Positions 37,582-46,390 of a DNA stretch of 51,804 nt are shown one piece after another. The DNA is from a virus (taxonomy: Duplodnaviria; Caudoviricetes), in IMG/VR virus record IMGVR_UViG_3300034110_000722, positions 1 through 51,804 of that record; one strand, given 5' to 3'. The stretch's first letter is position 1, and every line of letters starts with the position of its first letter. The position numbers and the translations under genes are program-made. The notes below the pieces were generated by a model that did not search any database, was not told the DNA's origin, and was given only the letters and a program-made list of their open reading frames with translations.

Positions 37582-37641
37582 TTAAACTTGACCACCCTGT
37601 AAGTTATGCTAACAACGCTGCGTCAACACAGGAGACACACA

Positions 37642-38019
37642 GTGACCACAACCAAGAAAGCCGCTGCACCCGCAGCGACCACCGCCAAGGTTGAACCGAT
37701 CGTTGCAACGGGCGATCTCGACATCACCCTGCCGCCCAAGCCGACGCGCGCTGGCAACGGCAAGGGCAAGTATCCCTTCGACACCCTCGAAGTCGGCAAG
37801 TTCTTCAGCGTGAAGAACAAGACGCGCCGTGACCTCTACACCGCAGTCAACAACGCGAACAAGCGCTACCGCAAGGAACTTCCGGCAACCCCCGGCAATC
37901 CGCCGCAGGTGATTGTTGAGCGCGAGTTCTACGCGGTCGATGTGGATGCTGCAACGGCTGAAGCGCTCAAGGGATCGGCGCATGAAGGCGCGACCGTCCT
38001 GATCATTCGCAGCAAGTAG
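37642..38019 (+). CDS. hypothetical DNA-binding protein on the opposite strand
   Basis: AGGAG RBS; 'KYPFDTLEVGKFFSV'; followed by its own terminator. Confidence 0.75.
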   Translation: MTTTKKAAAPAATTAKVEPIVATGDLDITLPPKPTRAGNGKGKYPFDTLEVGKFFSVKNKTRRDLYTAVNNANKRYRKELPATPGNPPQVIVEREFYAVDVDAATAEALKGSAHEGATVLIIRSK

Positions 38020-38047
38020 CCCCCCTCCCACTGCTTGCTGTGGATAG

Positions 38048-38085
38048 CCCCCGCGCTCGCTTCGGCTGATGCGCGGGGGTTTTTT
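38048..38085 (+). terminator. intrinsic terminator
   Basis: CCCCCGCGC...GCGCGGGGG followed by a T-run. Confidence 0.8.
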
Positions 38086-38582
38086 CATGCGCGCACCACA
38101 CCGCTGCTGATTGAGGACACACCGCCGTTGCCTTCAAGCAGTGGTGCGAGGATCTGACCGATGACCGGAAACTGCACCTGCACCTGCTCGGCACTCAGAG
38201 ACAGGTATTCGGCGCTCACCGACCCTTCGATGCTGACGCGCTTGTAGCGGTTGGGGGTGTAATCGGACTGAAGCACTGTCTCGTCCTGCAAGTGTCGCAG
38301 GGCTGCTTCGTATGTGGCGTTCTCGATCTCGGTCGGGACGGTGGTTGCATCGACCGGATAACCTTCACGATCCTGCACCCAGCTGCGCGGCCAGTCGCGG
38401 GTCTGCTGCTGCCGGTTCCCGACCTTGTAGCCAGGCCAGCGATAACCGAACGCACCGTCGAGCCATTCGGACGCGACGAGCAGCGCCACAGTCACGTCAT
38501 CGGTGTGATGCTGCGTCGTGTGGCGACCACGAGCAAGGTGATACGCTTGGAAGCCTGCTGCGGTGCCGTAGAAGTCGCTCAT
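38085..38582 (-). CDS. head-tail adaptor (DnaT-like)
   Basis: 'YH.ARG', 'ALL.AS.WLD', 'WPR', 'VP.EI..A..EAA'. Confidence 0.8.
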   Translation of the reverse strand: MSDFYGTAAGFQAYHLARGRHTTQHHTDDVTVALLVASEWLDGAFGYRWPGYKVGNRQQQTRDWPRSWVQDREGYPVDATTVPTEIENATYEAALRHLQDETVLQSDYTPNRYKRVSIEGSVSAEYLSLSAEQVQVQFPVIGQILAPLLEGNGGVSSISSGVVRA

Positions 38583-38633
38583 GTCACTCTCACGCTGAAG
38601 GGCGGCAGTTGCCCACCGCCCTCATATCATGCG

Positions 38634-38990
38634 TCAGCCCTGCGGCGCAATGGCAGCGAGAGCAGCGGTCGCTTCGGCTTCGGTGCCGTAGCCAGTGTCA
38701 GCGATGCCGAGTGCCGCAGCCGCTTCACCTTCGACCTTCTGACCCATCAGGTCAGCGATGAAGAACTTGCGGCCCTGCTTCATCACGATCAGTTGCGCGG
38801 GCTGCTGCGGTTCGGTGGTGACAGTGGGTTCGAGCACAGTTTCATCGGTGCTCGGCTCGTCAGCCAGTTCCATCGTTTCAGGGTCGAAATCCGACTCGTT
38901 GATGCGGACATGCGTGCCGTCACGGACGATGGTGACGGTTGGCAGAATGCCGTGCGAATATGCGACAGCGATCAAGGGAATGAGTTTCAT
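38634..38990 (-). CDS. small head-associated protein (with LxAxAY leader)
   Basis: Directly after the capsid gene; 'LPTVTI...INESDFDP'; GAGG RBS. Confidence 0.7.
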   Translation of the reverse strand: MKLIPLIAVAYSHGILPTVTIVRDGTHVRINESDFDPETMELADEPSTDETVLEPTVTTEPQQPAQLIVMKQGRKFFIADLMGQKVEGEAAAALGIADTGYGTEAEATAALAAIAPQG

Positions 38991-39032
38991 GTCAGGTTCC
39001 TCGTTGAATGAGATGTAAACCTTACCACAATG

Positions 39033-39069
39033 AAAACGGCCCCGCCACCCGTAAGTAGCGAGGCCGTCT
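39033..39069 (-). terminator. intrinsic terminator after the capsid gene
   Basis: ACGGCCTCGC...GCGGGGCCGT followed by TTT on the minus strand. Confidence 0.7.
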
Positions 39070-39086
39070 CTCGGTGCAACCCGGAT

Positions 39087-40328
39087 TTAGCCGAGCAGGA
39101 GCGAAATATGCTCCGTTTTCGATGCGTGAGTCCCCCACGCCAGACCGATCTCACCGTACATCATACGATAGCCGGGATACACAGCGAACTCGAAGGTGAG
39201 GCCGCTGCGCGGATCAGTCACGGTCGTCACGTCGATCGCCAGATCACCCTGAACCGGGCGAGCAGGCGGGCGGGCGGCGAGGTGCAGCGCATCCATCGAG
39301 AAGCCGACACCAGCGACATTGTAGCTGGCCGTGCGGGTGATCGCAGTCGTCGAAGCGGGGATCGCCTGACGAAGACCCGGAGCAGCGAGGACGATGGTGC
39401 CTCCACCCGACACGTCCGCGTCACCCGACACGAGCAGGTAACGATTGGCATCACCAGCGAACGACACCACGTCACCAGCGACGAACGTGCCGGTGCCTGC
39501 CGAAGCGAGCGTGATGGTGGTCGCGCCGACAGCGTAGCCGGCGTTGTTCGTGGTTGCGCTGGTTGCGGTGCCTGCGGTGTGCGAGCGAGCCTGACCGGTT
39601 TCCTTGACCGAGAAGCCGAAGATGTCGAGCAGTTCGCCCTGACGCAGCGTCATCTGATCGCCAGCTTCGTTCACGCGGGTCAGGTTCTTCACCGAACGCA
39701 GGTTCGCACCGGCGCTGGTGTTGAGGACCATCGAACGACCGGTCATCGGCGCACCGTTGTCGTCAAGGATCTTGCGAACCTGAGCGACATCGTTGAGGTG
39801 ATCGACACTGGTGCCAAACGGGGTGGTGCCAGCGGTGCCCCATGCACGCGATGCAGCGATGCGAGCAGTGGTCGCCAGATCACCTTCGACCTCGTTGGTG
39901 AGGGTGCGAAGCGCCTGAGCGATGATCATCGCCTGAGCCGACTGGTAGTTCGGGCCAGAACCAGCATTCAGAGCGCGCTGTTCTTCACCGACGAAGTTGA
40001 ACTTCGCAGCACGTGCCTTGGTGATGGTCATGGTGCCGGTGTCGAACACGTTGTCGTTGTTCGAGGGCGGGGTCATCGCGGGAACGATGTCGCTCGCGGT
40101 CTGCGGCGGTGCGATCGGATAGGTGACGGTCTGGCCGACAGCAGCAGCTTCGACACCAGGCGCACGCATCACGGACGGAATATAACCGACGAGTTCGCGC
40201 GACACCACGTCCATTGCGGTGTAGATGTCACCGAGGATTTCGGTCAGTGTGTTGGCGTATGCGTAGGCGGACAGGTTGCCGATCATCGGCGCAGTGCGCG
40301 CACGCAGAATGTTCTTCATGTTGGACAT
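39087..40328 (-). CDS. major capsid protein (P22-coat-like, with LxAxAY leader)
   Basis: 'ANTLT...DVVSRELVGYIP', 'TDPRSGLTFE', 'AWG'; follows the scaffold gene; GAGG RBS before ATG 40328. Confidence 0.9.
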   Translation of the reverse strand: MSNMKNILRARTAPMIGNLSAYAYANTLTEILGDIYTAMDVVSRELVGYIPSVMRAPGVEAAAVGQTVTYPIAPPQTASDIVPAMTPPSNNDNVFDTGTMTITKARAAKFNFVGEEQRALNAGSGPNYQSAQAMIIAQALRTLTNEVEGDLATTARIAASRAWGTAGTTPFGTSVDHLNDVAQVRKILDDNGAPMTGRSMVLNTSAGANLRSVKNLTRVNEAGDQMTLRQGELLDIFGFSVKETGQARSHTAGTATSATTNNAGYAVGATTITLASAGTGTFVAGDVVSFAGDANRYLLVSGDADVSGGGTIVLAAPGLRQAIPASTTAITRTASYNVAGVGFSMDALHLAARPPARPVQGDLAIDVTTVTDPRSGLTFEFAVYPGYRMMYGEIGLAWGTHASKTEHISLLLG

Positions 40329-40362
40329 GACGAGCCTCATGGTTGGAGATTTGGGGTTTTCG

Positions 40363-40414
40363 GCCCGTTCATCTCGAACTGCGGCTCAGTGCCCGATCAT
40401 CACGATCTGCGGCT
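40363..40414 (-). promoter_or_regulatory. tandem hairpin pair in the capsid 5' UTR
   Basis: AGCCGCAGATCGTGATGATCGGGC and AGCCGCAGTTCGAGATGAACGGGC. Confidence 0.65.
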
Positions 40415-40422
40415 GAGTGTGA

Positions 40423-40451
40423 GTGATATGCTATGTTGCGGCGGGTGTCAA
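40423..40451 (-). promoter_or_regulatory. sigma70-like capsid promoter
   Basis: TTGACA-17 nt-TATCAC on the minus strand. Confidence 0.65.
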
Positions 40452-40476
40452 ACCGGTAACACCCGCCGCACGCAAA

Positions 40477-41289
40477 TTAGTCAACGACCTTCAGTTCACC
40501 CTTGGCGACCTTCTGACCGATGCTCGCCTTTTCCATCGGCCCCAGCTTGTCATAGTCGGCGCGCTTCATCACGTTGCCGCCGCCACGATTGCCACCTGCG
40601 CCGCCCGAACCGCTGCCGCTTGCGGTGGGTGCGCGCAGCAGTTGATCCTTGTCCTGGCGCTCGCTGATGAACATCTCAAATGCTTCATCGACCGAAGCGA
40701 TCTCGCCGCGCGAGTTGTAGATCACATCACCGTTCGGACGCACCGGCACAAGCTGACCGTCTTCGATCTTGAAGCGATCGCTGTATGCAGCAGTGACGAA
40801 ATCCTGCGGCACAGCCAGTCGCTCACTGAGGAACTTGCTGCTGGTGAACGCATTCTTGCGTAGCAGGTTGTCGCGGTCGCGCTCGATCTGCGTCAGCTTC
40901 TCGTCGCGTTCCTTCAGTTGCGTTTCATACTGCGAGGTGATCGACTGCTTGATCTTGTCGATTTCACCCTTCTCGACCATCTTACTCAGGTCGAGATCCT
41001 TGGTCTTCTCGATTGCATCACGCGCTGCATCAGGGTCGAGATCACCGAACTTGGCGAGTTTGTCCTGTGCTTCCTTGGCAGCGCGCCGATGTGCGGCACT
41101 CTCGCTGTTGATGCGCTGGATGTAACCACCCGCGATTGCGGTTTCCTTGCCGCTGTCGTCGAGCATGATCGGGTTACCGGATGCGTCAGTGACGAGGTTG
41201 CCGCTGTCGTCGGTCTTCCAGCCTGCCTTGTTGTCGTAGGCGAGCGCGGTGAGTGCCGTGGTGAGGCTCAGGACGGTGAGACGCTTCAT
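40477..41289 (-). CDS. scaffolding protein (with LxAxAY leader)
   Basis: Coiled coil, 'SGSGSGG', position between portal and capsid; GAGG RBS. Confidence 0.8.
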   Translation of the reverse strand: MKRLTVLSLTTALTALAYDNKAGWKTDDSGNLVTDASGNPIMLDDSGKETAIAGGYIQRINSESAAHRRAAKEAQDKLAKFGDLDPDAARDAIEKTKDLDLSKMVEKGEIDKIKQSITSQYETQLKERDEKLTQIERDRDNLLRKNAFTSSKFLSERLAVPQDFVTAAYSDRFKIEDGQLVPVRPNGDVIYNSRGEIASVDEAFEMFISERQDKDQLLRAPTASGSGSGGAGGNRGGGNVMKRADYDKLGPMEKASIGQKVAKGELKVVD

Positions 41290-41357
41290 GGTGTTTCCTC
41301 TGGTTGGTTCTGAGCGATACTTACCGCATGGATAGCATGGGTGCAAGCCCTGTCGGA

Positions 41358-42875
41358 CTATGCCAACGGCTCCACGTCCTCACCCGTCCCCGGCGTATCA
41401 GCCAGCAGCCGGATGCGCTCACGCTCCATCGTGAAGTTGCTGGACAGGATGCCGCGCCGCTTCAGTTCCTCGCAATACGTCTCGTGGCTGATGTCGCCGC
41501 GAGTGCGGGCACTGTCCAGTGCGCCGAGGTCTTCGCCTTCCATCCAGTCGTCGAACTCTGCAAAGACGTGAACGGTCGGGTCATAGTCGATACCCATCCA
41601 CTTTGAGGTCAGCAGCAGCGCGTTCTCAAGCGCGTTGGACAGCATCAGCGCCCACGCCTTCACCGCGCTCTTGGCCTTCCCAGCTGCGACTGCTGCTGTG
41701 ATGACCGTGATGTTGCTGCTTGACGCGGTGAGCGGCTGACGGCCCAACTCGCGCAACCGGCGCTCGGTTGCTTCAATGCGCGCTTCGAGGAACTTGAGCG
41801 ACTCCGAACCAGGCTCGACATATGCCCAATTCCCCGCAGGTCCACCATCGTCGCGCGGCGGCGACCACAGCACGCGGTTCGGGCCGACAGCGATCTTGGT
41901 CTGCGGCTTCCCGTCGCGTCCGTTCGGCGGCTTGATCCCGTTCGCAGCGAGCATCGGGTATGCAGTCAACTGGCTCGCGTGCTCAAGCCCTGTCTCCTGC
42001 CGGAACATTTGGATCTGCAACTCGACGGCAGCACGCATGGGCGGCACGAAGCGCCACTGACGGCCCTCGCGCCGCCCCGTGACGAACGGAACAAGCGGAA
42101 TCTCACCGATGCTGATCTCACCACTGTCGAGCAGGAAGTATTCCTTCTGCTTCGTGGTGTCGTTGACAGCTTTCTGCCAGAGTTGCCATGTGACACCGAG
42201 ATCAGTCCGCTCAAAGATGCGGACATGATCGGGATCACCCGGCTCGAAAATCTTGATGTAGGTCAGCACTTCGTCGCTGCCGATCATTTTGCTGCGCACG
42301 TCAAGGACGTTGCGAGCCAGAATGTGCGTCCAGTACGGGCGCAGACCCTGAGCGCGTGCTTCAGCGATGGTCAGTGGTCGATCCGCTTCGACCTTGCTGT
42401 AATCGACCATGATCCAGTCGATTGCGTGATTGATCCCGTTGAAGAACACCTGCGATGCGAAGACGGTCAGGTTGCTACCCGACCCATCCACATTGTAGCA
42501 GAAATCCTCAATCTCGTCGGGGATACCGTCATCTTCGGTGTCTTCGGTTGCGTCGGTCTGATCGCTGACGAGTTGAACAGGCTGCTCGAACGGCTTGCCT
42601 GCAAGCGATTCCGCAATGTCCGAATACACGTTCGTCATCACCGCACAGGACGAGCGAAATTTGTAGTCTTCTGCTTCCTCGTCACGGAACTTCGGCAGGA
42701 ACTCGTCGAAGTGCATTTTCATGCCTTCGATGCCGTCGAGCACCGCATCCACCTTTTCGTGGTATCGGAACATGAACGCGCTGTCGGTCGAGCGCTTCTC
42801 CATCACATCGACAGCAACGCCGCCGCTGGGTGGTGCGGACGCATAGGCTGCGGCGGTGAGCGGACGGAGTTTCAT
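41358..42875 (-). CDS. portal protein (DUF4055-like, with LxAxAY leader)
   Basis: 'FLPKF..E...DY..R', 'IMVDY', 'RPYW', 'IPLVPF', 'PPM'; follows TerL. Confidence 0.85.
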   Translation of the reverse strand: MKLRPLTAAAYASAPPSGGVAVDVMEKRSTDSAFMFRYHEKVDAVLDGIEGMKMHFDEFLPKFRDEEAEDYKFRSSCAVMTNVYSDIAESLAGKPFEQPVQLVSDQTDATEDTEDDGIPDEIEDFCYNVDGSGSNLTVFASQVFFNGINHAIDWIMVDYSKVEADRPLTIAEARAQGLRPYWTHILARNVLDVRSKMIGSDEVLTYIKIFEPGDPDHVRIFERTDLGVTWQLWQKAVNDTTKQKEYFLLDSGEISIGEIPLVPFVTGRREGRQWRFVPPMRAAVELQIQMFRQETGLEHASQLTAYPMLAANGIKPPNGRDGKPQTKIAVGPNRVLWSPPRDDGGPAGNWAYVEPGSESLKFLEARIEATERRLRELGRQPLTASSSNITVITAAVAAGKAKSAVKAWALMLSNALENALLLTSKWMGIDYDPTVHVFAEFDDWMEGEDLGALDSARTRGDISHETYCEELKRRGILSSNFTMERERIRLLADTPGTGEDVEPLA

Positions 42876-42910
42876 GGTGGTTGGATAGCGTATCAGAGGC
42901 TGCGATGCAA

Positions 42911-44623
42911 TCACCCTGAATACCCCCCGATCTGAAGCGCACCCGCGCCGCTGTTCGGTGCAGGTGCGAAACACATCACCGTTGCGTCGGCCAAGTTGGG
43001 GCTTCGCGTACCCGCAGGACTCTTATCGACGAGCAGGCGCAAGCTACTCGTGCTGCGCTTACTCTGCACCTGAGCCAATTCTTTCATCAACTGCGGCAGC
43101 ACAGTAATGTCGGAACTCAGCGAAATCAACTCACCGCCATCATACAGGTCGCCGTGCGTGCGCGCTCGCCACGTCTTGTAGAACCGAGCGCGCACCGACC
43201 ACCACGCCTGAGCCTTGAAGTTGTGGTAGAAGTCGCGGTTCAGCGGGCTGTTGTCGTCCCCCTCAATGACACGCTCGAACGGGCGCAACACCGCGCCGCC
43301 CGCGTTCCAAGGTGTCAGGACGAACTCATCCGCATCGACTGCGCCGCTCTCGACCAGCCGGTTGAACTCGCTCTTGACCCCCGACCCGATGCCAATCGCG
43401 TCATATTGAATCTCAATGCCGCGCAAGCGTCGGTCGCGCAGATCGGCCAGCATGTTGCGGGTCGTGACACCAGGATCACGCTCGCCCCAATCGCGCGCAT
43501 GACGCAGGACGTAACCCTGTCGCAGTGCGATCGCGTTCTTGTCCGCACCCTCGTCAGCCACGTCGAGACCGGCCATCCAATGCTCGGACTGAGCGATTGC
43601 AGCGAGTGCCGGGATGTGCAGGTGTGCATCAACCGCTGCGGTGATCCACTCGTAGGAGATGATCGTGTTCTCGACCGCTGCCGAGTAGTTGCGATCCACT
43701 TCCTGCGCGAAGACGTGCTGCATCCCCTCGCGCTCGGCTTTGGCCTTGCGCTGGTCATACCATTCCTGCGTTTTCTCAGGGTGATCGCGCCAGTCCATGA
43801 TGAACACTCGCGGCGTGCCCTTGGGTATCTGCGCTCCGGGATACCATATCTCGCCCGACTCGCGGCGACGATGAAACACGTTGCCGAGACCGTTCACGCT
43901 GCTGATGTCGATCTGGACATCGGTGTTGTCACCGAGCGCCGCTTCAATCAGTTCCGGTCGTTCGTAATGGGCCGCTTCATCCTTGAAATACCGTGACTTA
44001 CGACCACCACGACCGATATTGTCGCCGCTCTCGCCTGAGATAATCGAGCCGTTTTCCTCGTTGATGATCTTCATCAGCGCTGTGGACCAACGGGGTCGAA
44101 ACTCAGGCGGAAGGCGGCGGATAATCAACCGCATCTTCTCGAAAATGCTATCAGCATCACCCAGCTTGTCCACCAGATCCTGCTTGCGTGACCCCCAGCC
44201 GGTTGCGTCGTTCGGGATGTATTTGAGACACCAGACGCAGTATGCGCAGGCGAGCCATGTTGCACCCATGTCGCGCGCTTTTTCGATCAGACCGCTCTCA
44301 CCGTCGCGTCGTAGCGCCTCGAAAAACTCGATCAGTTCAGCCTGTTTCGCAAAGAATACGAAGGGCATCCACTTGTTTTGTTTTTTCCGAGGATTGAACG
44401 TGTCGCACCAGTGCTGAATCCACTCAGCGGGACGTGTGCTGTAATATGCGTCGGCTGCTGCGAGTGCTTGTCGATCCTGTCGTAGCACTGTCAGCGTTTG
44501 AATGCGCCAAGCGTAAACACCCGTGTAATCAGGGGGCCATTCCTCGTGTTGCAACGTACGAGGCTTCCACGGTGTTACAAGTCGCTCGGTGTGCTCAGGT
44601 GGTGCGAACAGATCGGGTGTCAC
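42911..44623 (-). CDS. terL: terminase large subunit
   Basis: 'EKARDMGATW', 'FKDEAAH', 'GLDVADEGAD', 'SPNLADA'. Confidence 0.92.
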   Translation of the reverse strand: MTPDLFAPPEHTERLVTPWKPRTLQHEEWPPDYTGVYAWRIQTLTVLRQDRQALAAADAYYSTRPAEWIQHWCDTFNPRKKQNKWMPFVFFAKQAELIEFFEALRRDGESGLIEKARDMGATWLACAYCVWCLKYIPNDATGWGSRKQDLVDKLGDADSIFEKMRLIIRRLPPEFRPRWSTALMKIINEENGSIISGESGDNIGRGGRKSRYFKDEAAHYERPELIEAALGDNTDVQIDISSVNGLGNVFHRRRESGEIWYPGAQIPKGTPRVFIMDWRDHPEKTQEWYDQRKAKAEREGMQHVFAQEVDRNYSAAVENTIISYEWITAAVDAHLHIPALAAIAQSEHWMAGLDVADEGADKNAIALRQGYVLRHARDWGERDPGVTTRNMLADLRDRRLRGIEIQYDAIGIGSGVKSEFNRLVESGAVDADEFVLTPWNAGGAVLRPFERVIEGDDNSPLNRDFYHNFKAQAWWSVRARFYKTWRARTHGDLYDGGELISLSSDITVLPQLMKELAQVQSKRSTSSLRLLVDKSPAGTRSPNLADATVMCFAPAPNSGAGALQIGGYSG

Positions 44624-44874
44624 TCGTCATCACCGTCGATGCACTCGATCAATTGTCGCTTGACGCATTCCAGCGCACCTATCGTTGAGTAGCCACCCGG
44701 TTTGCCAGCGACCCAATAACCGCACCGAGCGGTGTGCAGGACGTAAACGGCTGTCAGACCAATAATCTCGCCGCGCTCGGCTTGTTGCAGCATGTCGCGC
44801 AGTGCATCGACCGTCGATTGCACAACTTCCGGTTCATAGGTGATAGCCCCCGGCAGTGCTGTAACATTGCTCAC
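44620..44874 (-). CDS. hypothetical protein
   Basis: Coupled between TerS and TerL; 'AERGEIIG...IGALE'. Confidence 0.6.
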   Translation of the reverse strand: MSNVTALPGAITYEPEVVQSTVDALRDMLQQAERGEIIGLTAVYVLHTARCGYWVAGKPGGYSTIGALECVKRQLIECIDGDDE

Positions 44875-45503
44875 CCGTCATCTCCGATCAGTCGCGCGTA
44901 TGCTTCACCTGCTTCGGTGGCGCTGACACCTTCAGTCAGAGCAGGTGCTTCCTGTGCTGCACGGTCGGCGCGACGGGACGGATTGTCGCCATCGTCCAGA
45001 CCGAGATATGCCGCCCACATCTTGAGAGCGGCCATTTTGTCGTGTGCCTGAATTTTGACCTTGGTGCGGCTGTTGTTCAGATTGTCAGTCTGCTCGACCT
45101 CGATCTGCTTGATTGCACCGGACTGCTCGGCCTGGCGCAGACGTGCCATGTCGAACTGCGGATGACCAAGCGCATCGACGGTGAAAAACTCCGTCAGGTC
45201 GAACTGAGCAATCGTGACCACCTCACGAATCCAGTGTTCTTCGGTGATCTCATTCGCATCAGCGCGCTGCAACACCTGCTCGGTGATAGCCGCCTGCACG
45301 AGTGGTCGATCCAGCCAGCCGTGATGATCCCGCTGCCGCAGCGCGTCGGGCACAGGGTGTCGCAGGGCAAGCCGGATCGACCGGTTTGCCACCCGCGCCG
45401 CTTCAGCCAGTGCATCAACCAGCTGATCGACGAACCGCCGCTCTGCTGCTGAGATCTGACCGTATGCGGACTGAAACATGCCTTGTGGTGCCAATGCGTT
45501 CAT
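44871..45503 (-). CDS. terS: terminase small subunit
   Basis: 'AIKQIEV', 'KIQAHDKMAALKM...LG'; upstream of TerL; TTGACC promoter upstream. Confidence 0.75.
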   Translation of the reverse strand: MNALAPQGMFQSAYGQISAAERRFVDQLVDALAEAARVANRSIRLALRHPVPDALRQRDHHGWLDRPLVQAAITEQVLQRADANEITEEHWIREVVTIAQFDLTEFFTVDALGHPQFDMARLRQAEQSGAIKQIEVEQTDNLNNSRTKVKIQAHDKMAALKMWAAYLGLDDGDNPSRRADRAAQEAPALTEGVSATEAGEAYARLIGDDG

Positions 45504-45536
45504 TGTCGCACTGATACGGGCGATACACCCGTGGGG

Positions 45537-45731
45537 TCAAGATTTTAAGTGTTGTCTCAACTCAAGCACAAGCGCTTCTAACGCTTCCACCTGATCGCGC
45601 AAGTGCATCTCAGAACGAATTGTGCCGCTCGGATCGCAGTCTGTTTCCAGCATCATGATGTACCTGCGCACGTTTTCCGGCAGGGCTTTGAAATCGTCAC
45701 TTGTGAGCCGTGGTCGGTCCTCAGCCATCAT
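45537..45731 (-). CDS. hypothetical protein
   Basis: ATGA-coupled small ORF. Confidence 0.55.
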   Translation of the reverse strand: MMAEDRPRLTSDDFKALPENVRRYIMMLETDCDPSGTIRSEMHLRDQVEALEALVLELRQHLKS

Positions 45732-46027
45732 TCCACCTCATCAAACCGCTGACCAATACGACCGCTCGCTCCATAGCGACCCATGCCGCGCCGTCGCACC
45801 TGCTTGCGGTAATTCTCACTCGGCATCACTGTCACGACTGTCCAGCCTTGCAGCACGATGCGCTGACCACCATGCAGACGGACGAACCGAGCGCCGATCT
45901 CAGCAGCGCACCGGACGGCAGGGCTGTCGAGGGCTGTTGCAGCCTGCTCAGGTGTTACAGGTGCGACACGCTCGATGTAGCGCTCGATTGCGTGGATTGT
46001 TACATGCACGTGCTGCTCGTCGGTCAT
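45728..46027 (-). CDS. hypothetical protein
   Basis: 'VTIHAIERYIERV...VVTV'. Confidence 0.6.
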   Translation of the reverse strand: MTDEQHVHVTIHAIERYIERVAPVTPEQAATALDSPAVRCAAEIGARFVRLHGGQRIVLQGWTVVTVMPSENYRKQVRRRGMGRYGASGRIGQRFDEVE

Positions 46028-46174
46028 GGGCTGTATCGCAATGCGTTACCGAGCGCACCCTGAGCAGTGTCGCCGCATTGTATTACCGTGACGCGACCTG
46101 CTGCGTCGTAGCCAGTGCATTTCCATGCGTTCAGAGTCCTGCTGGTTGCTTCAGGGTGATGCAGCAGTTCGTAT

Positions 46175-46390
46175 CTAACGGTCATCATACTCCCTCTCGC
46201 CTGTGCAGATGCGTGCTGCTACCGTCTCAACGATCTCAGCAATACCCCTGCGGTCGCGGCCATGCAACAGTCCGAGACCGATGCAAAGACTCTCAATGAT
46301 GACCCACTGCGCCGCTTCATCCTGCGTGTGACGCGCGAGCAGCGGCATGACCTCTCGGACGGTGGTGTTGTGTGCTTGGCTGGGGGTCAC
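46175..46390 (-). CDS. hypothetical protein
   Basis: Coupled ORF. Confidence 0.5.
   Translation of the reverse strand: MTPSQAHNTTVREVMPLLARHTQDEAAQWVIIESLCIGLGLLHGRDRRGIAEIVETVAARICTGEREYDDR

Noticed and set aside
39030-40667. Long + strand ORFs antisense to capsid, helicase, portal and others
   Set aside because: They are shadow frames of GC-rich genes and show no recognisable motifs.
41236-41289. Sec signal peptides (A-x-A) as the explanation for the leaders
   Set aside because: Most leaders lack a long enough hydrophobic core, the proteins act in the cytoplasm, and signal peptidase I does not require an invariant Tyr. Not fully excluded for the scaffold.
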